A DNA stretch of 64,000 bases from Chiloscyllium plagiosum (taxonomy: Eukaryota): NCBI RefSeq assembly GCF_004010195.1, contig NC_057711.1, positions 76,153,817-76,217,816 of the forward strand, written 5' to 3'. Position 1 is the stretch's first letter, and the number at the start of each line of letters is the position of its first letter. The position numbers and the translations under genes are program-made. This document shows, in pieces, positions 1-11,239 of the stretch. Under the pieces are notes generated by a model. It was not told where the DNA came from. It was given only the letters and a program-made list of their open reading frames with translations, and ran no database searches.

Positions 1-240
1 CTGCCAGAAGCAAATACCTTGTGGCCTCATTGAAAACTCCTACATATCAGTAGACAGAAAATGCAAGAAGAGCAAATCCCAAACCAGCAATTTATCCAAA
101 ACTCAATTGGCTATGGTATCCTGTCCTGTTGGCAGAAAAACCTTTAGACTGTGTAGTAGCCTTAGCAGAACATAACCAAACACACTAACGACACCCCAGA
201 TAAAGAACAAGATGAACAAGAGAGAAGCCAGGCATCAAAC
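1..240 (+). mobile_element. Degenerate 3' end of a LINE, possibly RTE clade
   Basis: Decayed CPxC..F..L..H-like zinc-finger coding pattern near 115-175, resembling RTE C-termini; weak. Confidence 0.3.
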
Positions 241-1599
241 ACCAATCAATGAATGAAGGATGCAGTAGTGAAAGTACGAACGCTGTTTCATCATACACAA
301 ACTCCAATAGTGCAGTAAAAGATTAACTATACCCAGTACACTCATAATAGCCTCGAGCATGTGTCTCAGGAGATTTGTCATGATGATGCCAGAACACCTG
401 GGATTAAGACCTGATGGGAGAAAGCATTATTACCATTTTTACAAACACATTTTATAGGGAGAATGCGTCAATGGTTTGCACTGGCTTGTGTTCAGCCCTC
501 AAATGTCTCAAACTCCTAGAAGTTCCACATGCTATTCCTACATGAACAATATATTACATCAAAGGTAGATACCATGCTACTATGGTGTGTCTAAGTGCTC
601 TTTTTAAAGTTTTACCATGTGCTGTGATGATGTGCATTCTTTGCATATGCAGCTGATGTGGATGAGGTGGATTGCAATGTCTGTGGTCCATCCTCCGGTT
701 ATCAGAGGCCTGGCAGGTCCTGGAAAACTGAGGGGTGCCTGAAGCAGTACAGAAACCTCCTCAGTAGGCAGCTACGGCTGAAGGAGTTTCTATCACTGAT
801 AGAAAGGCTGTGGAGCTCCACCTTTGGAGAACCTCTTGCAGGACCTTGGGCCTCTCTGTTTGCACTGGCATCTTCCAGCCTTCTAAGGATGAAGGTACAC
901 CTGAAGATGTAACCAGGCACATTGCACAGATCACGTTGGGCAATTTTTGCATTGATCTTCTGGCTATATCAATAGTCTACCAGTTAGCACCCTGTCCTCC
1001 AGGGTCTTACCCCTATCTATGGGTGGAGTGATCTTCATCTGTGCCCAGTGGTGGTGCCAAAACCTGGTCCTTCTCCGTCTCTGCACCCAACATTCTGTTC
1101 TCTACATTGAAAAAGGTACAACTGTCCTGCTCCCTGATGAACTTGAGTGTGTCCATCTCAGTGGGGGTCAAAGATCAGATGATCGCCTCTTGTCCCTGCC
1201 TTTACCCTTTTCCACATGTTGTGGGACCTCGTGCAGTCAGAAGGAAAGAGTGAGTCTCCAGAGCATGGGCCTTTTATCACCTGCAGTCCTTAAGCCCATG
1301 ATGGGTTTTCTGTGTCTGTCATCCTGTCATGGAACTTGGAAGACACTACCACCAAGATGCAAATGCAGGTCACTTACATACAGCAACAGGGGACAGGCAT
1401 ATTCACCCTCACAATCCAAATGATCAGCCCTTCACTTCTGGCCCATCCTGCACCCACAGTGAACATTCATTCAAACTCACCCTTACAGTGTAGAGTAGAC
1501 CACTCCCTCTCTTACTGTACTAAATCTTGGTCTTTTTTGCTGTACTCCACAGCTGCTTACCTCCTCCATCCGAACTTCCTTTGCAAGGAAGGAGGGTCA

Positions 1600-1885
1600 G
1601 ATCCCTATGATGGTGGGCTGTCTTCTTGAATCTGTTCTTTTGGGGTAGGTCGGTCCACAATGCCAATTGAGAGGCGTTCCAAGATTTTTAACTAAGCGAC
1701 GGTAAAGAAACAGCAATATATTTCTAAATCAGAATGGTGAAGCATTTGGAGGGGTACTTGCATGTGATGTTGTTCCCATGCAGTCCTTGTCCTTCAAGTT
1801 TGTTGAGCTTGTGGGTTTGGAAGGTGATATCTAAAGAGCCCTGATGAATTTCTGCAGTGCACCTTTGATGTGTACTGGGTGCAAC
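1600..1885 (-). mobile_element. L2/CR1-group LINE 3' fragment (common shark family)
   Basis: Reverse complement reads ...gtgcactgcagaaattcatcagggctc...ccttccaaaccc...ttcaagaagacagcccacc; same family tail seen at 38880-39005 and 41815-41920. Confidence 0.6.
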
Positions 1886-3964
1886 AACTTTATTATTTTG
1901 GGTTCTGTCTTTCATAGCCCTTTCTCTGGTCCATTAATCTTATTGATTGGCAAACCAGGCTTGAAGGGCTGAGTGGCCTCCTTTTTTTCTATTGTTCATA
2001 TGCTATTCGTAATGTCTGCAGCCATGTCCTGTGGCAACATAGAAATGGCATCCAGACCTCTGACCCCATCAATTGACAGTGGTTTGATCCATATAATTGG
2101 CTGGGCACCATACCTTCACCACATTCATTAGCCTGCTGCTGCATAATTGCAGTTAGCAATCCATCTATTGCAACAAAAATGCTATCCCTTCTGGGTCCAC
2201 CATGAGGATCTACACTCAGACAACTCATTTTTGCCCCTTAAGTCCATAAAACAAAACACTGTAAACAGCTATTCATTACAGAACATGATAGGGCACTGTA
2301 ACACACACAAACAAGACAAGGTCCATGTCAAACTTCACATTACTGCTGCAGTAAAATACCAAAAATGGAAGTTTTGCTATAATTAAATTAAACAAAACCT
2401 ATCAGTATTTCTAATGCACTCTATATTTCCAAGCACTAATAATTTCACAAGTGTTGTAACAGAATTCCTAAAGCTAATTAATATTTCACATCCATTTCAA
2501 AAAACGATTATGGCAACTAGTTTAACAGTACATTGAAACATATTAGATAACAACAGTGAATTGCCAAAAAGCTCTATTGAAAAGTGAAAACCTTTCCAAA
2601 GCTGTGTTTTAGTACTTATTTCTAAAATGCAACTTTTTTCAGAGAAAACACTCAGTAGAAATATCTGTTTTTGCATGTGCCAAAAACTATTAGCTCTTTT
2701 TAAACTTCTCCTGTCCCAGGTTTGAACAGAGGGTATGAGGTGGACGCGATGGTGGGTGGAGGAGGAGTAGGGGAGCAGAAGGCAGTTGAGGGGGTGGATG
2801 GTTTATGATCAGTGACCTAGGAAGTGTCTCACTGAGTATGTTTACCCTTAGATATTTGCTGTCATCTGTTGACATATCTCCCCATAAATACCCTCCCTTT
2901 ATATAATTTCCCCAATTCTAATTTATTGTGTGTAAATTTTAACCCAGACTTTAAGTATACTAATTAGTTCAACCCTAACCCCTGTATTGTAATCTCTGGT
3001 AAAGACCTGCTTGAACTGGAACTAGATTTTTATTCTCAAATTTGACTACAAATTCTTGGCCGGTACAATACATGGAGTATATGAATATGGAGTTTGACTT
3101 GTTTAATAGTAATTGATGGGTGGTACAGAAGGTGTGGAGAATGGAGCAACATGTAAGATTAGTTAGTAGAATATGTCATGTAAGAAAATGATCACTAGCC
3201 TTGCCCACTTGTGTGAAGGGCTTTAAACGTCTTTTGGAATTACAACCTGGTTCAAAGGGCTATGTTGCTGGCATTAGCTGTCACAACTACCTATTTCTAG
3301 GAATTTCTAATTATGTGTTGAAAAGGTCTTGGGACCTGAGGAATGATATACTTTGTGTTCCTGTCTCCCTCCACCAAGAGCTCTAGCATGTCATGCAAGT
3401 TCTTTGGCACAAGCTGTATGTTCTGCTTTGGAGCCATGATCATAGTTTCTATTTAATGTTTTTTTCTATTTTTAACCTCTTTTCTCTTTATCCTTCATAG
3501 TCCCCTGACGTCTATCACCATGCTTCCTTCCACCTGTCCCAGCTCAGTGGCAATGTCCTCCCAAATTCTTTTCCTTCAGTACTCTTTGACACTCCTGTAT
3601 ACATGTTTTCATCACAGGTTTGACTTCCTTTTATGCAAACCTACAGCTTGGCTTTTTTTCCCTCTTTCAGCATCTCTCAAAATGTTCATTGAGACATTGG
3701 TTGCTAGCTCATTATGAAAGGAACACCAGCTACCCCATCCTTAACTCTCATTGAGTTTCTTTCTCAGCAGATGGAAATTAATCCAATCTGAGCATGATGG
3801 AAAATGTGTCAACCGTGCTCACTTAATCAGAGGACAAATTGTGTCAGTCTCCTGACTGAGATAAAACTTCTAGCAATTAAGTCAGAGGTGGAATGGGGTC
3901 ATTCTAGGAAACTCATCCACTTATTAATGAGACAATGGATACCAATTATCCCTGTGCCCACCAC

Positions 3965-5070
3965 AAGACACTGGTCAGATGAATTTCAATGCAGAGAAAT
4001 GTGAGGTAATACATTTTGGTATAAGAAACATGGAGAGACAATAGAGACTCAAAGGTGCAACTTTGAGTGAAATGTATGAACAGAGGGACACATCAAGATA
4101 CATGATTATCTGAAGGCAGCCAGGCAAATTAATGTGATTGTTAAGAAGGATTGTAGGACCCTTGGGTTTATAAATAGAGGCATAGAGCATAAAAGCAAGG
4201 AAGTGATAATAAACCTCTACAAATCATTGTTCAGGCCACATTTGAAGTATTGTATTTCGTTTTGGGCACCTTATTTAAGGAAGAATGTTCAAGCATTGGA
4301 GAGAGTTCAAGGAAGATTTACTAGAATGATACCAGGAATGACAGCACAGTGGTTAGCACTGCTGCCTCACAGCGCCAGAGACCCAGGTTCAATTCCTGCC
4401 TCAGGCAACTGTCTGTGTGGAGTTTGCACATTCTCCCCGTGTCTGCGTGGGTTTCCTCCGGTGCTCCAGTTTCCTTCCACAGTCCAAAATTGTGCAGGTT
4501 AGGTGAATTGGCCATGCTAAATTGCCCGTAGTGTTAGGTGAAGCGGTAAATGTAGGGGAATGGGTCTGGGTGGGTTGTTCTTCAGAGGGTCAGTGTGGAC
4601 TTTTTTGGCTGAAGGGCTAATTTCCACCCTGTAAGTAATCTAATGACGGATTTTAGATGCAAGGAAGGATTAGAGAGACTGGGCTTGTTCTCCTCGGAGC
4701 AGAAAAGATTAAGAGGTGACCTTTTAAGGTGTTCAAAATTATGAACATTTTTGACAGGGTAAAAAAGGATATTCTATTTCCACTAGTCAGCATGTCAGTA
4801 ACTAGGGGGTCACAAATTTCAAGATTGTTAGCAAGAGGGCTAGGAGTGAGATAAGCAGAAACCTCTTTACTCAGAGAGTTGTTAGGATTTGGAATGCACC
4901 TCCTGGGAGAGTGGTGGAACCAGATTCCATAGGAGGTTTCAAAAGAGAGCTGAATTTATGGGATGAAGTGAGAGTCCGATGGAAATGGGGCTGGAGTGGG
5001 AATAGCTGAGTAGCTCTTATGTAGATCAAATGGTCTCCTTCTATACTGTAAAATTCTGTGACTCCATGGA
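3965..5070 (+). mobile_element. CR1 LINE 3' portion, interrupted by a SINE
   Basis: ORF 4134-4502 LGFINRGIEHKSKEVIINLYKSLFRPHLKYCISFWAPYLRKNVQALERVQGRFTRMIPGM is the CR1 ORF2 C-terminus; CR1 3' UTR follows. Confidence 0.9.
4343..4641 (+). mobile_element. tRNA-derived HE1-type V-SINE inserted in CR1
   Basis: A-box tggttagc, B-box ggttcaattcc, V-domain-like gtgtggagtttgcacattctccccgtgtctgcgtgggtttcctcc, taatc tail; 6-bp TSD aatgac at 4337-4342 and 4642-4647. Confidence 0.9.
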
Positions 5071-6388
5071 TTTAATTAAGTGATGGCTCAGAGAACAGAT
5101 AGGAGTCACATGACCTGCCTAAGCCTCCCAAAACCTTCCCAGAAAACTCTTTCATATGAGCTAGTGGCTCACTGACGATTTGAGGAACTCCGTATTGGGA
5201 AGAAGAAGAACACGGAAAACCACCACTCTTACCTCCAATCCTCTCTGCACTCTATCATAACACCCATCTACCTTCCTGTATGTGAGCCCCTGGATCTAGT
5301 CCCTGATAAGGAACCTGTAGCACCCTGTAATCACCAGCAGTTCCTGGTAACCCTGTCAGCAATTGAGATCTTCTGGCCTCTGGTTGTCAGAATTAGAGTC
5401 AGAATTACTGCTGCCAAAATTCTACACTGAGAGATGGTCCAATAAGGGCCAATTAACTGCTGGGAGGTGTTTAATTCATTTGGACCTTGGCAATGATTTG
5501 GACTTTACTCCAAATGTTCCTTTATCATTCATCAACTTATTGTGGATAATTGCATCATCATAATGGCCAGAATGGAAGTCAGGCTGAGTGGTGATAATAC
5601 CGTAACATGTAATGAAGCCTCCCTGAATATACCTCTCACCAGTCACCCTGCCAAAACTGACATGGTGCTGGCATTGTGTTCACTACTAAAACACATTTTG
5701 GCTATCCCCAATTCATTTGAACTGCAGTTGACTAACCTTTAGCCCTCCATTTGTCACAACATTTTTGCAGTTACTGATTTACTCAAACACACCTTTTTCA
5801 CCTTTGATACCTTAGTCCCCAATAAAATCATTACTCTCTCTCTTACCTACGGCTGTTCTACTGATATTGCTTTCATTTATGCTCCCTTAGGTCCAAGGGG
5901 CACAGATTTGAAAGAGTAGGGCAGAAATTGATTTTGCCATCCATTTGTCCAGATCATGTAATGCACTATTGGGTCCTGTTTTCATCTGTTTTCACTGTTT
6001 TCTTCTCAAGAATCATTATGGAATGCAATGATAACCCCTGATATTTCTTTTCCTGCTTCTGCAATTGGTCTTCTGAAACCCCTCTCCTCTCTCCTCCATT
6101 CTTCCCTCTATCAAGAAATGTGAGGAACTGATGAAAGTCTTTATCAATAGGAATGAGACCAGTCAGCTGCCTTTGCTGCTTCCCTCTGTTCTATTGGCAC
6201 ATTCAACCAAACATCCTCTAAACTACTCACATTCCCCATCCTAAACTCACAGCTTTCTCTAGTTACATTTTTAGCTTGTCTCATACCTCTGTGAACACTA
6301 CTTGTCCCTGAGACCCAAATCCTGATCCTACGTCCATTACAATGCAAATCACCCAACTTTCCCTCCTGGTCTTCATGTTAGCAGATAT

Positions 6389-6697
6389 TAGCAGGAGTCG
6401 TACCAGAGGACTGAAAGGAGGCGAATGTTGTTCCTCTTTTCAAGAAGGGTAATAGGGAAATCCCTGGCAATTACAGACCAGTCAGTCTTACGTCTGTGGT
6501 CAGCAAAGGTTTGGAAAGAATTCTGAGGGATAGGATTTATGACTATTTTGCAAAGCATAGTGTGATTAAAGGCAGTCAGCATGGCTTTGTGAGGGGCAGG
6601 GCATGCCTCACAAATCTTACTGAGTTCTTTGAGGAGATGTCAAGACAGATCGACGATGGTGGAGCAATGGATGTGGTGTATATGGATTTCAGCAAAT
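6389..6697 (+). mobile_element. CR1 RT fragment
   Basis: Translates ...ANVVPLFKKG...NYRPVSLTSVVSKGLERILRDRIY...SQHGFVRGRACLTNL...DVVYMDFSK. Confidence 0.9.
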
Positions 6698-6894
6698 CCT
6701 ACCAAAGTTACAAATTTCATGCAGTGTGACTGCAACATGGATAACCTTCAGCTCCTCTTCTTTCTCAGCTTGTCTGCAGCCTTTGATGCAATGGACCAAG
6801 TCATCTTCCTGGAGTGCCATTTCAAATTCATCTCGCTGTTTGGGGCTTCACTTACCTGATTGCATTTGTGTTTGACTAATTATAGAAAGGATAC

Positions 6895-7162
6895 AAGGGC
6901 CCTCTTGTGGACAGTGGTACCTCTACCCTTGGACTGAGAGGTCTGGGTTTCAAGTCCCGCCTGCCCCAGAGGGTATATAATAACATCTCTGAACAGGTTG
7001 ATTAGAAATATAGGTTAATAAAAAACAAATTATAGATAACACACGGAAAGCCTATTGTGGCATATTGGTAGTGTTCCTACCTCTAAACCAGATAGACCTG
7101 GATTCAAGTCCCACGTCTTCTAGAGATGTATAAAGACACCTCTGAGCAGATTGATTAGAAAG
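6895..7162 (+). mobile_element. Two tandem short tRNA-derived SINEs
   Basis: Two ~110-bp units, each with a B-box (ttcaagtccc) and ending ...tctgarcagrttgattagaaa. Confidence 0.65.
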
Positions 7163-7348
7163 TATCTGCAGGTGGGGTATCACTTTCTATTATTTCTCTC
7201 CCCATTTCCCCATCACGAAGGACTCAAAGCACTCCGCTTCTTCCTTTCCCGCCGTACCGAGATGTATAAAGACACCTCTGAGCAGATTGATTAGAAAGTA
7301 TCTGCAGGTGGGGTATCACTTTCTATTATTTCTCTTCCCATTTCCCCA
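7123..7348 (+). repeat. 90-bp direct duplication flanking a 46-bp Penelope RT fragment
   Basis: 7123-7212 equals 7259-7348 with one mismatch; the spacer encodes HEGLKALRFFLSRR. Confidence 0.9.
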
Positions 7349-10300
7349 AATATCTACACTAGGTTTCTTCCTATATTTCACTTACATGCTGGCTCTCAGA
7401 AGCATTATTGCTGCTCCAAATTCTGTTCCACAGATAATGACTCCATTTGTCTCCTTGGCAACTGTCTGAGACTAAATCTTGCTACTTGCAATCCTATTTG
7501 GCCCTGAGATAAGCTTCCAACAACATACCAAGGCCATCACTAAGGCTGTCTATTCTACCTCTGTCCAATTTTACTTCTGCACTAGCTCATCAGATATTGA
7601 AAACCTTATTTGTCTGTTTTGTTACCTCTAAACTTGACTACCCCAATGCACTTCTGGCTGGTCTCTAAAATTATACCCTAAACAAATTTGAGGTCATCCA
7701 AACCTCTGCTGCCTGTTCCTTTACTCACATCAGCCCCATTCACTCTGGCTTACATTGGTTCCTAGTGAAGCAAAAGATGATCCTTGTTTTCAAATCCCTT
7801 CCTAGCTTTGCTTTCCCTTTCTGTGTCACCTTCTCCAACCCCATAAGCCTCCAAAATATCTGCTTTCATTTAATTCTAGCCTTTAAAGTAGCCACAATTT
7901 TAATTGCTTCATCATTGGTGGCCTATAGGCCTAAACCTCTGGAATCCCTCCCAAACCTCTCCACCCCTATATCATTCCTTCCTCCTTTAAGGCTCTTTTA
8001 AATCATATCTCTTTGACCAAACATTTGATAATCTGTCCCAAAGTTGTCTTATGTGACTCATATTCAAATTTTCTTTAAAATACTCCTGCAAAGTGCCTTG
8101 AACATTTTATTGCATTAAAGGTGTTATTGACATGTAAGTCATTATTATTCGATGGAAAGATGGATGCTATCTCGCTTCAATTCTGTCCTCCAACTAACCT
8201 TTCACCTTGGCAGCACCCAGTTGTGACTTACACCAATTTTATAGTTTCATGCTATCAATAGTTAATATGGATAAACTTTTTCTATATAATACTGACTATG
8301 TGACATGGCTTCTACAGATAGTGTATGCATAATGGACTCAACCACTGCCTTCCATCTCGAACTAAATTAATTCTTAAAGTATGGATTGCACCTTTCATAG
8401 ATTTTACCATTCCCATGTTCTCTGCAGAGAAAGATAACAGGAGATTTGATTATACAATTTGAAATTAGGAAATATTTATATAGAGAAAGAAAACTGTATC
8501 CAATAAATGAAATGTCAATAACCATGGCTCAAAGATTTAAAGTCATTAGCAAATGGACATGAGATGGTAAGAGGAAACCTTGTTTTCTGTATTGGCTTGT
8601 TATGCTTTAGAATACCCTGGCTGATTAGCCTTCAAAAGAGAACTGGAAGAAAAGTTGGAAGAGAACAAAATGCAGGTTGATGGAAAAAAAGCAGAGAAAG
8701 AGCCGATGCTGACTTAATTTATTGCATTGCCTGTTTCAGGGTTGTATTGTTACAGATTCAACTATTGGATTAATCAAATGGATCTTTCTCCATCGGGTCA
8801 ATCTGATATTTTAAGTATTACCCAACTGAGATCTTTCAGATGTGATGTTTTCGACCATCAAATGTTTGCATTGGAAAACAACCAACAAGTTTATTTGCAT
8901 ATTATTGAAGTCTCCTGTATCAAGGGCTGAATTAAACTATGATTACTTATCTTGGAATGCTGTTCATAAATGTGAACAGTCTGCTTGAATTCATTAATAA
9001 TATAAAAAGAAAGCATAACACTACTTTTTTCTAAATCACGGCCAAACAAAATGAATACTCAGATATGATTGTTTTACAATTTATTCACATTCTAGCGATG
9101 ATGTAGCTCACCAACAGTTTCTTGGCAAATACAGTGTCGAATGTGTTACTAGACCATGGCAGTTCAGAAAGTCCCAGATTATGTGGTGAGGCGTCTGATC
9201 TCAACTAGTTGGCTGTGGTACCATAATTAGACAAGATAAAATAAAGCTGGAATCACAATTCATTATTTTCTGCTTAAAACCTTTGGATGTATCATGTGGG
9301 TACTGAGCATAGATAGGATTAGGCTAGATGGTCGAGCTTGCTGACAACTTGTAAAACCACTAAAAGTGAATAAGTGTTGGTACCCACACAAACATACTGT
9401 GGCATGACTTGCTGTCTTCATGCAAAGGAGGATATTTTGAAAAGAAGTCTTCATATTTGATGCAACACAGTTAGACCTGTGCATGAGTTCACGTCTATAA
9501 ATCATCACAAAATGAGTTAATTTAATTTCAGCCATAACAAAGAGCTGCTCTTTAACAATGGTGGCTACTTAAAGGCAAACTTGAATGCATCCTCACAGTT
9601 TGGGAAATTATATAGAAGAGCAAGGCTCTCACCTTAAGAGTGTATAAAGAAATATTTTATGACAACCAAAGCAAAGGGTAGGGCCAGATATTTTCCATAA
9701 TGATAGGCTCCCAAAAGTGGTCAAGACTAACTGAAAATTGTTTTAATTTAACTTTGACAAAAATGAAAAATTAGTAACATGTAGCAGTTAGATACAGCAG
9801 AGTAACTTTCTAGGTTATTTTGGAGGACATTTAAGAGCTAAATTCATTGTCGTGGATCTGAAGTCATATATCAGCAAGACTAGGTGAGAATGGTAGGTTT
9901 TCCTTCCCTAATAGATATACTAAACTTGAGATAGTTTCTGAAAACAAGACATTCTGGAATTCAGTTCTGAATATGGTAATGTATAATAAGACAAAATTAA
10001 TTACCATTCTCATACTAAATAATCCTTTAGGTAATATATAACATAAAAATGACGTTGCCAAATCCTCCTCACAAACTTACTTCCTTGCCTCTCTTCATAT
10101 TGTCACCAAATTTGGCTACAATGCGCTCAGCACAAAGCGATTTGAGGATTCTCGTGCATAAATCATGAAAAGTTATCAAACTACAGCAGATAATCAGGAA
10201 GGCAAATGGAATTATTAAAACTATACAAGACCACTTTATTTTTGTATTCCATTCCCTTTGAAATACTTTCCAACATTTCATTTGCTTTCCTGATCATTAA

Positions 10301-10939
10301 GCAGAAGGCAGCTCCTTGTTATGGCTAAAACTAAAGTACTCACTACAAAGCTGAGGTGGACAGATTTTTATTCAGGAAGGGAATCAAAACGTATGGAGAA
10401 AAGGCAGACAAATGGATTTGTGAATGATTAGAACAGCCATGATCTCACTGAATGGTGGAGCAGACTCAATGATCTGAATGTTCTTTTTCTGTCCCTATAT
10501 CTTATGTTCCTGTGATGGACTGGGTGGTGCATTAGTGGATTGGCCATGACAAATTGTCCATTGTGTACGGGGATCAGTTATAACAAATGATCAGTTACTA
10601 GGGTAGGTCTGAGTGGGATGCTTTTTGGAGGGTTAGTGTGGACTGAATGGCCTGCTTCCACACTATAGGGACTCTATGATTCTATGAGAGACTGAACTTT
10701 GCCCCGACAATGCCACCAGGTTTTGGCATCATGCTCAAAGATTATCTTATAGTCATTGATTATGTCCTGCACCCAGCTCTCTGCTAATTGGAACAGAATG
10801 TCAATGAGATCCTGTCTCCCTTGGAGCACTGAATGCAGCTTCCTCTTCCCCGGTGTTCTCATCCTCCTCAGAAGAAGAAGAAGACTGCTCCTATTTCCCC
10901 AGATTTTCTCCATCCATCCAAAAGTGTCAATGCCTTTTC

Positions 10940-11145
10940 AAATTGTGTAGAGCACAATGTGCCAAGATGATGTGGCACATTCTGCCTGCACTATACTGGA
11001 GGTGCCTCCAGACTGGTCCAAGCAGGGGATTTGTGTCTTCAGCAACCCTATCGTCTACTCCACCATGGTTCTAGCTGTGGCATGAGTTACATTTAATCTG
11101 CGTTCCACATCAGTCAAGGGGTTGCACATAGTTGTCATAACTGCA
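10940..11145 (-). pseudogene. PIF/Harbinger DDE transposase C-terminal remnant
   Basis: Minus strand reads MTTMCNPLTDVERRLNVTHATARTMVE*TIGLLKTQIPCLDQSGG/LQYSAGRMCHIILAHCALHN, matching the HARBI1-type motif ...IERTIGLLKxRFRCLDxSGGxLQY...CCxLHN; contains a stop and a frameshift. Confidence 0.8.
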
Positions 11146-11239
11146 TCCTGGGGAAATGAAACAAACATATGTGAACTTGCTCAGAGGATATTGGACACTG
11201 ATCTAATGCTTTTGAGATGATAACAGCACAGCAGATAGA

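Larger units (their letters stand above)
6240..8150 (+). mobile_element. Old L2 LINE (RT and 3' end), interrupted by a CR1 fragment and short SINEs
   Basis: LSLSAAFDAMDQ (L2 RT motif LDLSAAFDTVDH) at ~6770-6800; tttgttacctctaaacttgactac and an L2-type tail at ~8090-8150. Confidence 0.7.

Noticed and set aside
658..1629. Cluster of overlapping short ORFs
   Set aside because: No recognisable domain or splice structure; probably decayed transposon sequence.
4343..4410. tRNA gene
   Set aside because: The A and B boxes belong to a SINE head followed by V-SINE body and tail, repeated several times in the window.
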